DNA of 63,604 nt, the filler included, from Octopus bimaculoides (Eukaryota), in NCBI RefSeq assembly GCF_001194135.2. It is 5 parts of 5 records of this genome, joined end to end, with 100 filler letters (N's around TTAATTAATTAA, not from the genome) between each part and the next. Parts side by side here need not be neighbours in the genome. Positions count along the whole stretch, not along the records: positions 14,404 to 41,272 come from NC_068982.1; positions 41,373 to 54,953 come from NC_068984.1; 3 more parts are not named here. One strand, written 5' to 3'. The notes beneath the pieces are model-generated. The model saw only the letters and a program-made list of their open reading frames with translations, was not told where the DNA came from and ran no database searches. The position numbers were made by a program, and so were the translations under genes. Of the stretch, positions 38,657-50,320 are shown one piece after another. The first letter of the stretch is position 1; each line of letters begins with the position of its first letter.

Positions 38657-39905
38657 TCTCAAACACATGGACACTCACACATATATAAATATACACACAC
38701 ATTTTATATTGGTGTGTGGGTATGTGCATATTTATATGTACATATGACACAATATCTTTTAAAACTAGACACCATTATCTAAGCATTATCCAAGCCTAAT
38801 AAGATTATCTATAAAGTAAATCGACCCATAACAATATAAGTATTCACCGTAAACTATGAGTAGACAACCACTTTCAGCTTTACGAGAATGAAGAACGACT
38901 GAGAATAACAAGACACTAAGACAAAAAATTCACAAACAAACATATCAAATATATTTTCCCATCACCAGCTGCCATACAGATATCACTATGATTTTGACAT
39001 CTGGGCCGTATGGCGTTAGGAAGGGCATCCAGCTGTAGAAACTCTGCCAAATCAGACTGGAGCCTGGTGTTGCCATCCGGTTTCACCAGTCCTCAGTCAA
39101 ATCGTCCAACCCATGCTAGCATGGAAAGCGGACGTTAAACGATGATGATGATGATGATGATATATATCGATAATGGTTCTTTTAACATACTGAACTACTT
39201 GGTAAAATTATTAATTATTAATTTTACCCTATATCAGTATACATATATATATATATTCACACATGCACACACACACACACACACAGAGACACACTAACAC
39301 ACACGCACATGCACACAAACAAAATAAGCCTCTTTTAGTTTCCATCAGACTTATTCACTCACAACCATAGCATTGATAAGGGAACTTATCCACAAAGCCA
39401 TATCTGTATCTTTAGAGACAATAATGATAATAATTCAAAGGCACTTTGTACATAAAATAACAAAATGTATTTAGTAAAAAGCATATATTTGAGCTTATAA
39501 ATATAAATAGTTTTAAAAAACAGGAAATGATTAAGTGCTTAGTTTTTTATTCATTAAATGAGCCATACTGTTTTATATTCTTGAATACATTGCACCAACA
39601 GAGAAGGTGCATTAGTGGATGTGCCTTATACTTCATTATACATACAACATTCTTGGCACTGTGTTTAACTCACAGATAAATCACAGACAGTCTTATCAAT
39701 ACTGTTTTTATAAGCTTGAATGAAATTGCCATCAAAATATTTAAAACCAAACATTAATGTGCATATTTTTTTGCCGTAATATAATTTAATCAAATTATAT
39801 GTAAAATATATCCCTTGGTAGCTCTTACTAAATTAGACACTTGTTAACGATCTGTTAATTCTACATATTTATAATTCTGTTTTATTCATTTAAAACTTCA
39901 TCAAT

Positions 39906-40960
39906 TAAACTGGCCATAACCAGTCCAAATATTCTATGTTTTAGGCTCAAACTGGCCAGATCGGACCTCTCCCATCTCCCCGATAATGTCATTCTAGAAA
40001 TAAACAATTACATCATCGAAATCTCGAAGCTACAAGTTAATGTATGATTAATTTAAAACAAACTGAATAAATAAGCATTACATTTGACAGAGTAATTTGA
40101 ATGCAAAAGGGATAATCACATGCAGCCACATGTTTTATTGAAATTTATCATGTACAATAACAAAATAAGTAACTGTTTTGCCACCCAGACAAATACACAG
40201 AATCTCATTTATATTTCAACTGTATTAACCCTTTTGTCACCATATTTCTGTTGAGATGCTCTGTATTTCTATCAATTAATTTTAAATATAACAAAGAATG
40301 TAGTAAAATATCTGAGTTATCATTAAGCTAGTGTTAGGAACATAAATTGTGACTAAGGTTTGGTGGAAGATTTTAATCCAGAACATTTGAAAACATGACA
40401 TTTCTACTACAGAGCCAGTGGTTGTTTTAGTCAGGTTGGTATCAAGAGTTAAATTAATCATTTGTGAAACCTTTTGTTACCATATTTCTGTTGAGATGCT
40501 TTGTGTTTCTTTCAATTAGTTTTAAATATAATGAACAATTAAGTAAAATAACTTGGTTATCATTAGGCTAGTGTTAGGAACATAAATTATGACTAAGGTT
40601 CGGTGGAAGATTTTAATTCAAAACTAATGAAAACAAGACATGTACTACAGACCCAGTGGTGGTTTCAGCCAGGTTGGTAGTAAAAGGGTTAAATAAATTT
40701 TCCACGCATGTAAAGCCTGTTATTGGCAACGTTGACTCATTAGTGTTTAAACTGGCCATATCCAGCCCAAATATTCTACCTGTTTCATATTCAAACTAGC
40801 CAGATTTGGTTGCTCACACCTACCCTACAATGCCATTTAAAAAAATAAGAATCACGTCATCAAAATCTCAAAGTTACAAGATAATGCATAATTAATTCTG
40901 AACAAAGTGAATAAACAAATCATTGCATTTGACATCATAATCTGAAGGCTAAAGAGTTAA
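39906..40960. mobile_element. Cluster of four TTAA-type MITEs from two families
   Basis: Family 1 at ~39906-40115 and 40732-40960. Family 2 tandem pair at 40225-40452 and ~40466-40692, with TTAACCCTTTT...AAAAGGGTTAA ends. Confidence 0.85.
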
Positions 40961-41054
40961 AGAGGAGCAAAATACAAATCAATAATTCATAGGAAATACA
41001 GTATGGTAGGGGTCATGTGTGTGTGTGAAAATTTCCTTTCTCTGGACTTTCTTA

Positions 41055-41100
41055 TTTTCCTATCTGATGAAGAGCTATGCTTGAAACATTAAAAACCCAC
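41055..41100 (+). ncRNA. Degenerate minimal hammerhead-ribozyme-like motif (Penelope-type)
   Basis: CTGATGA-A-GAGC-TAT-GCTT-GAAAC-ATT: core boxes and stem II present. Stem III palindrome ACGT appears decayed to ACAT; stem I pairing poor. Confidence 0.35.
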
Positions 41101-41225
41101 TCTTTTTCCAACATTTACTGAATATTAGGCTAATATATTCCATGTGTACATCCTCTTCCTGCTTTGGTATTGTTATTTTTAATGTTTGAATGTTAATCTT
41201 CAAATTTTAATATACGATTTAACTG

Positions 41226-41272
<47 letters not shown>

Positions 41273-42169
41273 NNNNNNNNNNNNNNNNNNNNNNNNNNNN
41301 NNNNNNNNNNNNNNNNTTAATTAATTAANNNNNNNNNNNNNNNNNNNNNNNNNNNNNNNNNNNNNNNNNNNNTATATTTATTTCTTTATGTATATATATT
41401 TATTTATATATATATTTATTTCTTTATGTATATATATTTATTTATATATATATTTATTTCTTTATGTATATATATTTATTTATATATATATTTATTTCTT
41501 TATGTATATATATTTATTTATGTATATATATTTATTTATGTATATATATTTATTTATTTATATATGTATGTATGTATGTATGTGTATATATATATATATA
41601 TATATGTATGTATCTATGTATGTATATGAAATTGGCTCTTCCTTCAAGATTCCATTTCTCCCCTTTCTTATATTTTGCTATGTTTATTTATTTTGTAATC
41701 CTTGTTTTCTTGTACAGTTTTGGTGGGGGTGTAGTTAGGTGAGCATTAAACCTCCAATAGTCTTCTTCATGTCTATTCTTATAAATCAGCTATTTCGAGA
41801 CATAAGTGTACTTTTCCAGTTCCAGATTTCTCCTACTGACACACACATACACCTTATTTTAAATAAGTCTTCTTTTTTTTTAATTATATTTGTTTGCAAA
41901 GCCTAAAATAAAACTGTCGTCTGCTTAGGCAAGTTCTTTGTTTTCAGAGTCCCACTTGAAGAATTATAAAAATCGTATATAGACTATTTATGTGGTTTTA
42001 GAAAATATATTTTGCTTCCGTTACTTAACTTTAGTCCCCCTCTGTATTTTTATCAACTATAGAGGATTTATTTTCCTTAAATATTATCCTCGAGCTCTGT
42101 GTTTTTGTTCTTCAGTTTTTTTTTTACCTCTTATTTCTTTTATATATCTGTTTATTTCCCATCTGCTCC

Positions 42170-42568
42170 TCGCTCCTCTCAATTCTCTCTATTCTCTCTC
42201 ATTCACTCTATCCATCTATCTTTCTATCTATCCATTTATCTATTTATCGTTCTTTCAAACTCATTCTCTCTTTTCCTTCGCTCTAGTCTTCCCACGATAT
42301 TCCTTCTTCTTTCTCACGTTCTTTCTTTCCTTCTTTCCTCTTTCCTTCATAGAACGTTTCCCTGCTTCCTCTCTTCGTTTCTCCGAACACTTCTTTTTCT
42401 CTCCGTCTTCTATTCTCCTATACTTAACCCTATCAATCTATCCATCCACCTATTTGGCTCTCCATATATCTATCTATCTATCTATCTATCTATATCTATC
42501 CATCCATCCATTTGGCTATCTATCTATCTATCTATCTTTCCCTCTGTCTACCAATCTGTCCGTCTATC

Positions 42569-42599
<31 letters not shown>

Positions 42600-42611
42600 C
42601 CACCAATTTGA

Positions 42612-42643
<32 letters not shown>

Positions 42644-43075
42644 ATATATATCCATCCACCCATTTATCTGTCTATCAATCTATCTATCTAGCTAGCTAGC
42701 CATATCTGTTTCTGTCTACTCTTACTACCTCTACACGTCGTTTTATGTCACACTTATTCTTTCTTACTTTCTTCCTCCCCTCTTCCTCTCTCACTATTTC
42801 TGTCTCTTACTATCACATACACATTCTCTTTATTATCCATCTACATTTTTCTTGCTATCTCACACATACACACAGACACACACATACCCTCTTTCTCTCT
42901 CTCTCTCTCTCATTCACTCTGTTACTCTCCTACTTTCTCTTCATTATTTTCTCCAAGCTATATTAAATAATCTTCTTGCCCTGATACCTAATTCACCCTC
43001 ATCATATCTTCCCCCACACTCCCTCTTTCTCTTCCTTTCATTCTTTTTACCTCTCTTTCCATTTCTCCCTCTCTT

Positions 43076-43110
<35 letters not shown>

Positions 43111-43505
43111 TTCTCTCTCTTTATATTAATTCTCTCATTACATTATCTCTTTTTCCAACCCACTTTATCACTCATCACTCGACTATTCTCTACCCTCTCT
43201 CTTTCCCTCTCTCACTATTTACCTCTCTATTTCTTCTCCCTCTTTCTCTCCCCCTCTTCCCCTCTCCCCCTCTCTCTCTTCTTTATATTAATTTTACTTC
43301 TCATCATCTTTATTCTCATTATCCTTACCTCCTCCTTCACCTCTATTTCCCCCTCTCTGCAACACATTCCACTCTTTCTCACTCCCTCTCTCTCCTCTTC
43401 CTCACTCCCTCTCTCTCCTCTTCCTCCTCCCCTCCTATTCCCCTCTCCACCACCTATCCTAACAATCACTCTTTCCTCCACCCCCTACTCCTCCTCCTCC
43501 TCTAC
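42170..43505. repeat. Large degenerate pyrimidine-rich (TC/TATC/CCT) low-complexity block
   Basis: Almost purine-free plus strand; source of the SL/FL/YL ORFs. Confidence 0.9.
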
Positions 43506-43730
43506 TAACATCATATATTATTGTCATTCAAACACAACTTTCTACGTGTGGCACCTGTCATGGAACAGAAACCGTACTGTGTTATAAACGTATTCCATTT
43601 TTCTTTTTTCTTTTCTGTTTTTACTATATCATGTTTATTTGTTTGTTTTCTTTATTTTATTTTATTTTTCTTTCTTGTTTATTTTTCTTTGGTGTTTGTT
43701 TGTGTCTTTTAATATATCCGCCATTTCCAG

Positions 43731-43784
43731 ATGTAATTTGCTATGATTCTGTCACAGGATCTAACACGATGGATACAAAATGTT
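43731..43784 (+). CDS. Candidate 54-nt symmetric exon (unverified)
   Basis: Long T-rich tract, TTTCCAG|, TGTT|GTAAGG. Phase 1-1 frame: VICYDSVTGSNTMDTKC. Confidence 0.2.
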
Positions 43785-44020
43785 GTAAGGTTTCTTGCTG
43801 TCAAGAAGCCTAATTATACCTTTTTATGGCATGGAATGCATATAAACGGGATGTGTGATGTTCATGCCTTTCTCAAGAGTATAGACAGCATTAAATTAAA
43901 TAAAATTTCAGAGTCGAAACCAAATTGTCAAGCGTTTTGATTATTTAGCGGGTTTGTTTGTTTTGTTTAGTATTTTTGCTTTTTTTTTTTATTTGTCTTT
44001 TATTCTGGTGTATATTTTCC

Positions 44021-44406
44021 ATAGGAGGCGCAATGGCCCAGTGGTTAGGGCAGCGGACTCTCAGTCATATGATCGCGGTTTCGATTCCCAGACCGGGCGT
44101 TGTGAGTGTTTATTGAGCGAAAGCACCTAAAAGCTCCATGAGGCTCCGGCAGGGGATGGTGGCGAACCCTGTTGAACTCTTTCACCACAACTTTTTCTCA
44201 CTCTTACTTCTTGTTTCTATTGTGTCTGTAATTCAAAGGGTCAGCCTTGTCACACTCTGTGTCACGCTGAATATCCCCGAGAACTACGTTAAAAACTACG
44301 TCTGTGGAGTGCTCAGCCACTTGCACGTTAATTTCACGAGCAGGCTGTTCCGTTGATCGAATCAACTGGAACCCTCGACGTCGTAAGCGACGGAGTGCCA
44401 GCTAGC
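44021..44406 (+). mobile_element. Full-length SINE family E
   Basis: Matches the 20247 copy; TSD TATATT(T/A)TCC at 44011-44020 and 44407-44416. Confidence 0.9.
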
Positions 44407-44583
44407 TATATTATCCCTGATGGAATACTCAGATAGACAGAGAAGCAAGAGGCAGCGCTCATGAACCGTTTTCAAACTGTTTAAGACAAAGAGGGAGCAA
44501 AAGAAGTTACCTTCCAAATGCTTGCAACTAACTGTAAAGGCGCTTTAGTAAGATTGAAGTAGGAAGTTCTCAACCATTTTGCA

Positions 44584-44966
44584 AGGCGGTGAGCTGGCAG
44601 AAACGTTAGCACGCAGGGCGAAATGCTTAGCGGTATTTCGTCTGCCGTTACGTTCTGAGTTCAAATTCCTCCGCGGTCGACTTTGCCTTTCATCCTTTCG
44701 GGGTCGATAAATTAAGTACCAGTTACGTACTGGGGTCGATATAATCAACTTAATCCGTTTGTCTGTCCTTGTTTGTCCTCTCTGTGTAGCCCCTTGTGGG
44801 CAGTAAAGAAATAGGCATTTCGTCTGCCGTTACGTTCTGAGTTCTAATTCCGCCGAGGTCGACTTTGCCTTTCATCCTTTCGGGGTCGATTAAATAAGTA
44901 CCAGTTACGCACTGGGGTCGATATAATCGACTTAATCCGTTTGTCTGTCCTTGTTTGACCCCTCTG
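44584..44966 (+). mobile_element. Young head-to-tail SINE family C dimer (tail variant 1)
   Basis: GGCGGTGAGCTGGCAGAAACGTTAGCACG...; second unit 5'-truncated and near-identical; CpGs retained. Confidence 0.9.
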
Positions 44967-45931
44967 TGTGTAGGAAACCTGGTTGTTTCTTGCAATACAT
45001 ACCAATAATACATCTAAAGCAACTTTTTTTTCAGGGGTCCTTAAGATACTGTTGTGAATCCTCAATTCACTATTTTGTTGCGTAGAGTCCCCAAAATTTT
45101 ATATACGCTCTCAGGAGCCATATGAAGTTATGTACCCCGGTTGAGAACCCATTGACAGCTTATGCCGTTGCTGTCGTTGTTATTGTTGCTGGTGTTGTTA
45201 AAGATCTGATCGAGATGACTTATGGTTCAAATGCCACGATCTCGACTCTTAATTCAATTTAATTTTTTCAATCATTATCCGATATGTGTTTATAAGATAT
45301 TAGTGTTTATATAAGGGTAATTTGGCTGGGCTGCTATTTCTAGCAATACGAGCGACGGTAAAGGGGCTCCTTTGCTGATTCTTCGACAGTGCAAATGTCC
45401 TAACTCAAATGGCACTTTCACAAAGCTTTCACAAAGCATGGAGGCATGTAGCTTAGAGGTTAGGCTGTTGGACTCATGATCGTAAGATTGTGGTTTCGAT
45501 TTCTGGACCTGGCGACGAGTAGTGTCCTTGAGCAACACACGTCATTTCACGTTACTCCGGTCCATTCAGCTAGTGAAAATAAGTCTTCCTGCGACAGATC
45601 GGCGTCCTGTCCAGGTGGGCAATACATTCGCCATGGAAACGGGGAAACTGGTCCTCTGAGTTTATACGACTCGGAAAGGAACTTCACTGACTTGCACTCA
45701 CATATCCACCACGAGATTAATTTTAGTACTCTCATTTTTGTGTGTTTTTGTAACTGGATGCACACCTTCACACACGCGAACTCTTGTAACCAGGCGCACA
45801 CCTTTACACACGCGGGCTCTCATACGCACACGTACGTATTCGTCCGATTCACATTTTTACCAGAGAGTCTAACATCGTCGCGTATTGACGACTATCAAAA
45901 CCCAGCAGCGTGGCTACTGGATTTTGATAGT

Positions 45932-46077
45932 TAGTGAGGCGAGGGGTCGGTCGCCCCTGGCAACGCTTTTATAGTGGGGGCACCTTAGGTCTGTTGTATA
46001 AGGCTGTATAGGCTAGGGGGCCCGAGGGCGACAAATTTAACTGCTGCTCCGAGCGACACACGCTAGCTTCGCCACTG
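45932..46077. mobile_element. Possible GC-rich MITE with CAGTGGCG-type ends
   Basis: Right end GCTAGCTTCGCCACTG; left end TAGTGAGGCGAGG is degenerate; no TSD found. Confidence 0.4.
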
Positions 46078-46164
46078 TCAAAAACCTTCCTCTCATTATT
46101 CATACTAAAGTATCTGCTGCCAGTTTGGATATGTTGAAGCTTACACATCCACAATAAGTAGCTA

Positions 46165-46765
46165 TATTTTTTTTTCTTTAGAAGGCATTATCGGCAAAGT
46201 GAACGCCTTAATTTTCTGAGTTCAAATTTTGCCCGCCTCGACTTTGCTTAAATCCTTCTGGGATAGAAAAATTAAGTATTTGTCAGACAACTGATTTCAG
46301 TTTTATCGGCTCTGTCTCTCGTATTAAGGTGGTGGGCCGGCAGAATCGTTAGCGCGTCGGGAGACAATGCGGCCTTTCTTCCGGCTCTTTATATGTTGTG
46401 AGCTCAAATTCCACCAACGCCGACTTTGACTTTCATCCGTTCGGTGTCGATGAAAAAAGTACCAGTTAAATACTGGGATCGATATAATCAGCTTACCCAA
46501 CTTTCCCTAAATTTGCCTGCCTTGTGCCTAAATTTGGATCGATTATTAAAAGTCTGTTAGGTTAGTAAAATCGTTAGACTCAGACAAAATACTTTGCGAT
46601 ATCTTTTCCTGCTGTTTATCTTCTAAGTTCAAATCCCGAGCGAGTCATCTTCGTTTTTCATTCCTCCAGGGTCAATAAAATAAAATATCAGCCAAACGAT
46701 GAGACCGGTGATTAACTAACATCTCCACCTTTAAAATTTCTTGTCCGGTGCCATTATTAGAAACA
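46165..46765 (+). mobile_element. Three decayed SINE family C copies in tandem orientation
   Basis: Repeated GAGTTCAAAT...CGACTTTG...AAGTA blocks, with tail variant 2 at ~46495 and ~46730. Confidence 0.75.
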
Positions 46766-48644
46766 GTTATTAAGAGGCACAGAACGCAAATATAGTCCGT
46801 GTGACCAATTAGATATTTATACAACGGAAATGTTTGGAGATTTTTACTCCACCATATCAGCTCAATATTCCTCCATTAGCAATACTCCTTCTTGCGACTT
46901 ACACCGTTCTTTCTATGGGACAAGGTTTAAGTTGCGGTCAAACTTCAACATCGTAGAAACTTATCTTAACCCTGAAGTCAGCTACATTTCTGATAATTAT
47001 TCTTCTTTCTGGGACAGTGAAATCACTCAGATAAATAAGAAAATGAAGTCTGGAGATTTCCTAACGTTTTTTTTTTCTTTTTACTTCAATGCATAAATTA
47101 GATTGGTGCCAAACCCATCAACTACAGGCATTTAGTATTGATACATCAAAAGGTTAATAAAATAAGCCAGTTGTTGTTGTTGTTGTTGCTGTTGTTATTG
47201 TCGTTGTTGTTGTTGTGTAGTCTAAGATTAGCCGTGACCGGACTGTCCTGCGACTCGCAGTGATTCGGCTGAAATGGCCTTGTCTGATCCAAACAACCAT
47301 ATTCTCTGTAATGCCATGTATCTGCCTAGTTAACGACCAAACAGAATAATCCGACATCCAGTTATAGCTTATACTGAATGAATTGTAAGTCTGGAGGTAT
47401 TACATTCTTTATGCGGCACACCTGTAGATTCGTAGATTCTGGTGGTGACCACAAAGAAGGTGAACAAAATGGATTCGACCGGAGCCCGACATTTGCTGTT
47501 TCTCCACACTTTTTTGTACCCTTAATCCCGGTTACCACTAATACGGGGCGAACCAGATAATTTTACGAAACTCCCCCGTACGTTACTAGATTCATATCCT
47601 TTTTTCTTTTTGTTCACATAAATTGAAAACATTGATATTTTGAAAGTATAACCCCCCAAACTTCTCTCTCTCTCTCTCTCTCTNNNNNNNNNNNNNNNNN
47701 NNNNNNNNNNNNNNNNNNNNNNNNNNNNNNNNNNNNNNNNNNNNNNNNNNNNNNNNNNNNNNNNNNNNNNNNNNNNNNNNNNNNNNNNNNNNNNNNNNNN
47801 NNNNNNNNNNNNNNNNNNNNNNNNNNNNNNNNNNNNNNNNNNNNNNNNNNNNNNNNNNNNNNNNNNNNNNNNNNNNNNNNNNNNNNNNNNNNNNNNNNNN
47901 NNNNNNNNNNNNNNNNNNNNNNNNNNNNNNNNNNNNNNNNNNNNNNNNNNNNNNNNNNNNNNNNNNNNNNNNNNNNNNNNNNNNNNNNNNNNNNNNNNNN
48001 NNNNNNNNNNNNNNNNNNNNNNNNNNNNNNNNNNNNNNNNNNNNNNNNNNNNNNNNNNNNNNNNNNNNNNNNNNNNNNNNNNTGTGTGTGTGTGTGTGTG
48101 TGTGTGTGTTGGCAAATATCTGATTGAGTATATGTTTGGGGTTGGCTTGTGGGCGTGGTTTTTATATCTCCATTTGTTGCTTTTAGTACTTGCCCATTTC
48201 GTGAGAACTACAACCATAGCAGGAACAACTATCAAAGGAGAAAGTTGTCTGCCTCTTTCTCCACCTCTTTCTTTCGCTCCTCCTACTCTTCTCTCAGTTC
48301 ATTATCATAATATATCTCCACGTTCTTACTCACGTACGACGTCGTTGAAACTTGAAAAATTTTAATGTATAAAAGTACATAATGGACAATAGGATATTAG
48401 CAGTAAGACCTAAACTCATCTCGGGATACCTTGTGTGTAAGCCTGTATGTAATCATGTTACATACTTACGTTTGTGCACACTGGTTAACTCTCTCGCCTT
48501 CTCGTAACCAAGCAAGAACCTGCATAAGATGTTCCTTTGGGGAAACATATTTGAAGTTGAACTGCAAATATTTTGTGCTTCTTTCATCACCTGCTTCGTT
48601 TATTATTATTATTATCATTATTATTATTATCATCATTATTATTA

Positions 48645-49165
48645 AGGCTGCGAGCTGGTAGAATCGTTAGCACGATTAATCCCTTTGTCTGTCCTTGTTT
48701 GTCCCCTCTATGTTTAGGCCCCTGTGAGCAATAAAAAATTATTATTATTGTTATTATTATTGTTAAGGCGGCGAGCTGAGAGAATCGTTAGCACGCTGGA
48801 CGAAATGCTTAGTGGTAGTTTGCCCGTCGCTACGTTCTGAGTTCAAATTTCGCCGAGGTTGACTTTGCCTTTCATCCTTTCGGGGTCGATAAACTAAGTA
48901 CCTGTTGAACACACTAGTGTCGATGAAATTGAATCATCCCCTCTTCCAAAATTGCTACCCTTGTGGCGAAATTATTATTATTATTATTATTCTGTTAATA
49001 TGCTGAGCGGCATTTTGTCCGTCTTTACGTTCTGAGTTCAAATTCCGTCGAGGTTGATTTTTGTGATTCGGCCTTTCAGGGTTCAATAATAAGCACCCTG
49101 TTGAGCAGTGGAGTTGTTATAATCGACCAGTATTCTCCCACCCAAAATTTCAGGTTTTGTGCCTA
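48645..49165 (+). mobile_element. SINE family C cluster (one head-to-tail deletion derivative, two further copies)
   Basis: Head joined directly to tail-1 at ~48673; copies at ~48765-48975 and ~49000-49165 end in tail variant 2. Confidence 0.8.
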
Positions 49166-49169
49166 TATT

Positions 49170-50320
49170 ACAAAAAGAAGTATCGGGGAAGTGCGACGAC
49201 GTTCTCGTGGAGACTCTTGGCGCCGACGAGAACGAACTGTCTAGTCTGTTCTGGTGGACTTTCCGGTCGAGAACTCTCATGGATAATTTCCAGATGTCCT
49301 TGGCCTGGCAGTGATACCGGGTGGGGGTGGGGGCATGGATGTGCTGTCAGACGGGCTTGTTTGAGGTGCGCNNNNNNNNNNNNNNNNNNNNNNNNNNNNN
49401 NNNNNNNNNNNNNNNNNNNNNNNNNNNNNNNNNNNNNNNNNNNNNNNNNNNNNNNNNNNNNNNNNNNNNNNNNNNNNNNNNNNNNNNNNNNNNNNNNNNN
49501 NNNNNNNNNNNNNNNNNNNNNNNNNNNNNNNNNNNNNNNNNNNNNNNNNNNNNNNNNNNNNNNNNNNNNNNNNNNNNNNNNNNNNNNNNNNNNNNNNNNN
49601 NNNNNNAGATGGTCTACTTATTGTTATTATTATTATTTTAACAAACCATGATTTTAATTGAAAAATATAAGAATAAAGCTGAATGGTCGACGATATAAAT
49701 GCTTGAAGTGTGTTTAATAGAAATAGATAGTATGTAGTGATGATCGCCCGCTGCGCTCCTTCAATCGGGCAGGCAAAGCAGTCTTCCTTTGCCTGGTGTC
49801 CGTGGCGAAAGAGGTTGTTTGGTGGACAAGGCTGAAAGGCATGAGGACAGATACATTCCTCTTTGGTAGAGCTCTCGTTGACTTCTTCAAGCTTCACTTG
49901 AAAAAGTGATCGAGAGTGGAGAGGGAAGTGCTGTCCTCGAGTGAGTCTAGTGAAAGGTGGGTGAAAGTTACGAAAACAGCAAGAGTGGATGGTAATTCTC
50001 TAAGTGTAGATCTCTGAGTCAGAGAATGAATTGGAGAGGGTACTTGCTCTTGGGGTTTCAGGAAAATCTCGGACAGTGGGGTTCCTCGATTATCCCTAGA
50101 GGTCTCCCTGTATCAGGTGGGCCACATCTCTATAATCCCCCCCGCCACTTTTTTTTAACCTTTGTATGCTATACATAGGTCCCTTCTTTTTCAGTGTATA
50201 CCGTGTATACTTACATGTTTTTTATCATTTCATTATTTTATGTAAACCCCCATGCTTTATGTCTGTCTTTGTATTGTTCCCCTAATCCTTCGCCCTTGTG
50301 GCAAATAAATGAAATTATTA
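49170..50320 (+). mobile_element. Tx1/L1-clade LINE 3' end (zf-RVT region, C-terminus, 3' UTR, tail)
   Basis: ...DNFQMSLAWQ*YR..VGHGCAVRRACLRC (zf-RVT-like), then after the gap FLCLVSVAKEVVWWTRLKG...FFKLHLKK*SRVERE...ERWVKV...L* (stop 50015-50017), UTR, AATAAATGAAA and (ATT/ATC)n tail. Confidence 0.75.

Noticed and set aside
41992-43508. Hydrophobic 170-235 aa ORFs suggesting membrane proteins
   Set aside because: Translations of the pyrimidine-rich low-complexity block.
46830-47096. 88-aa plus-strand ORF
   Set aside because: No recognisable domain, sits among SINEs, and ends in a T-run.
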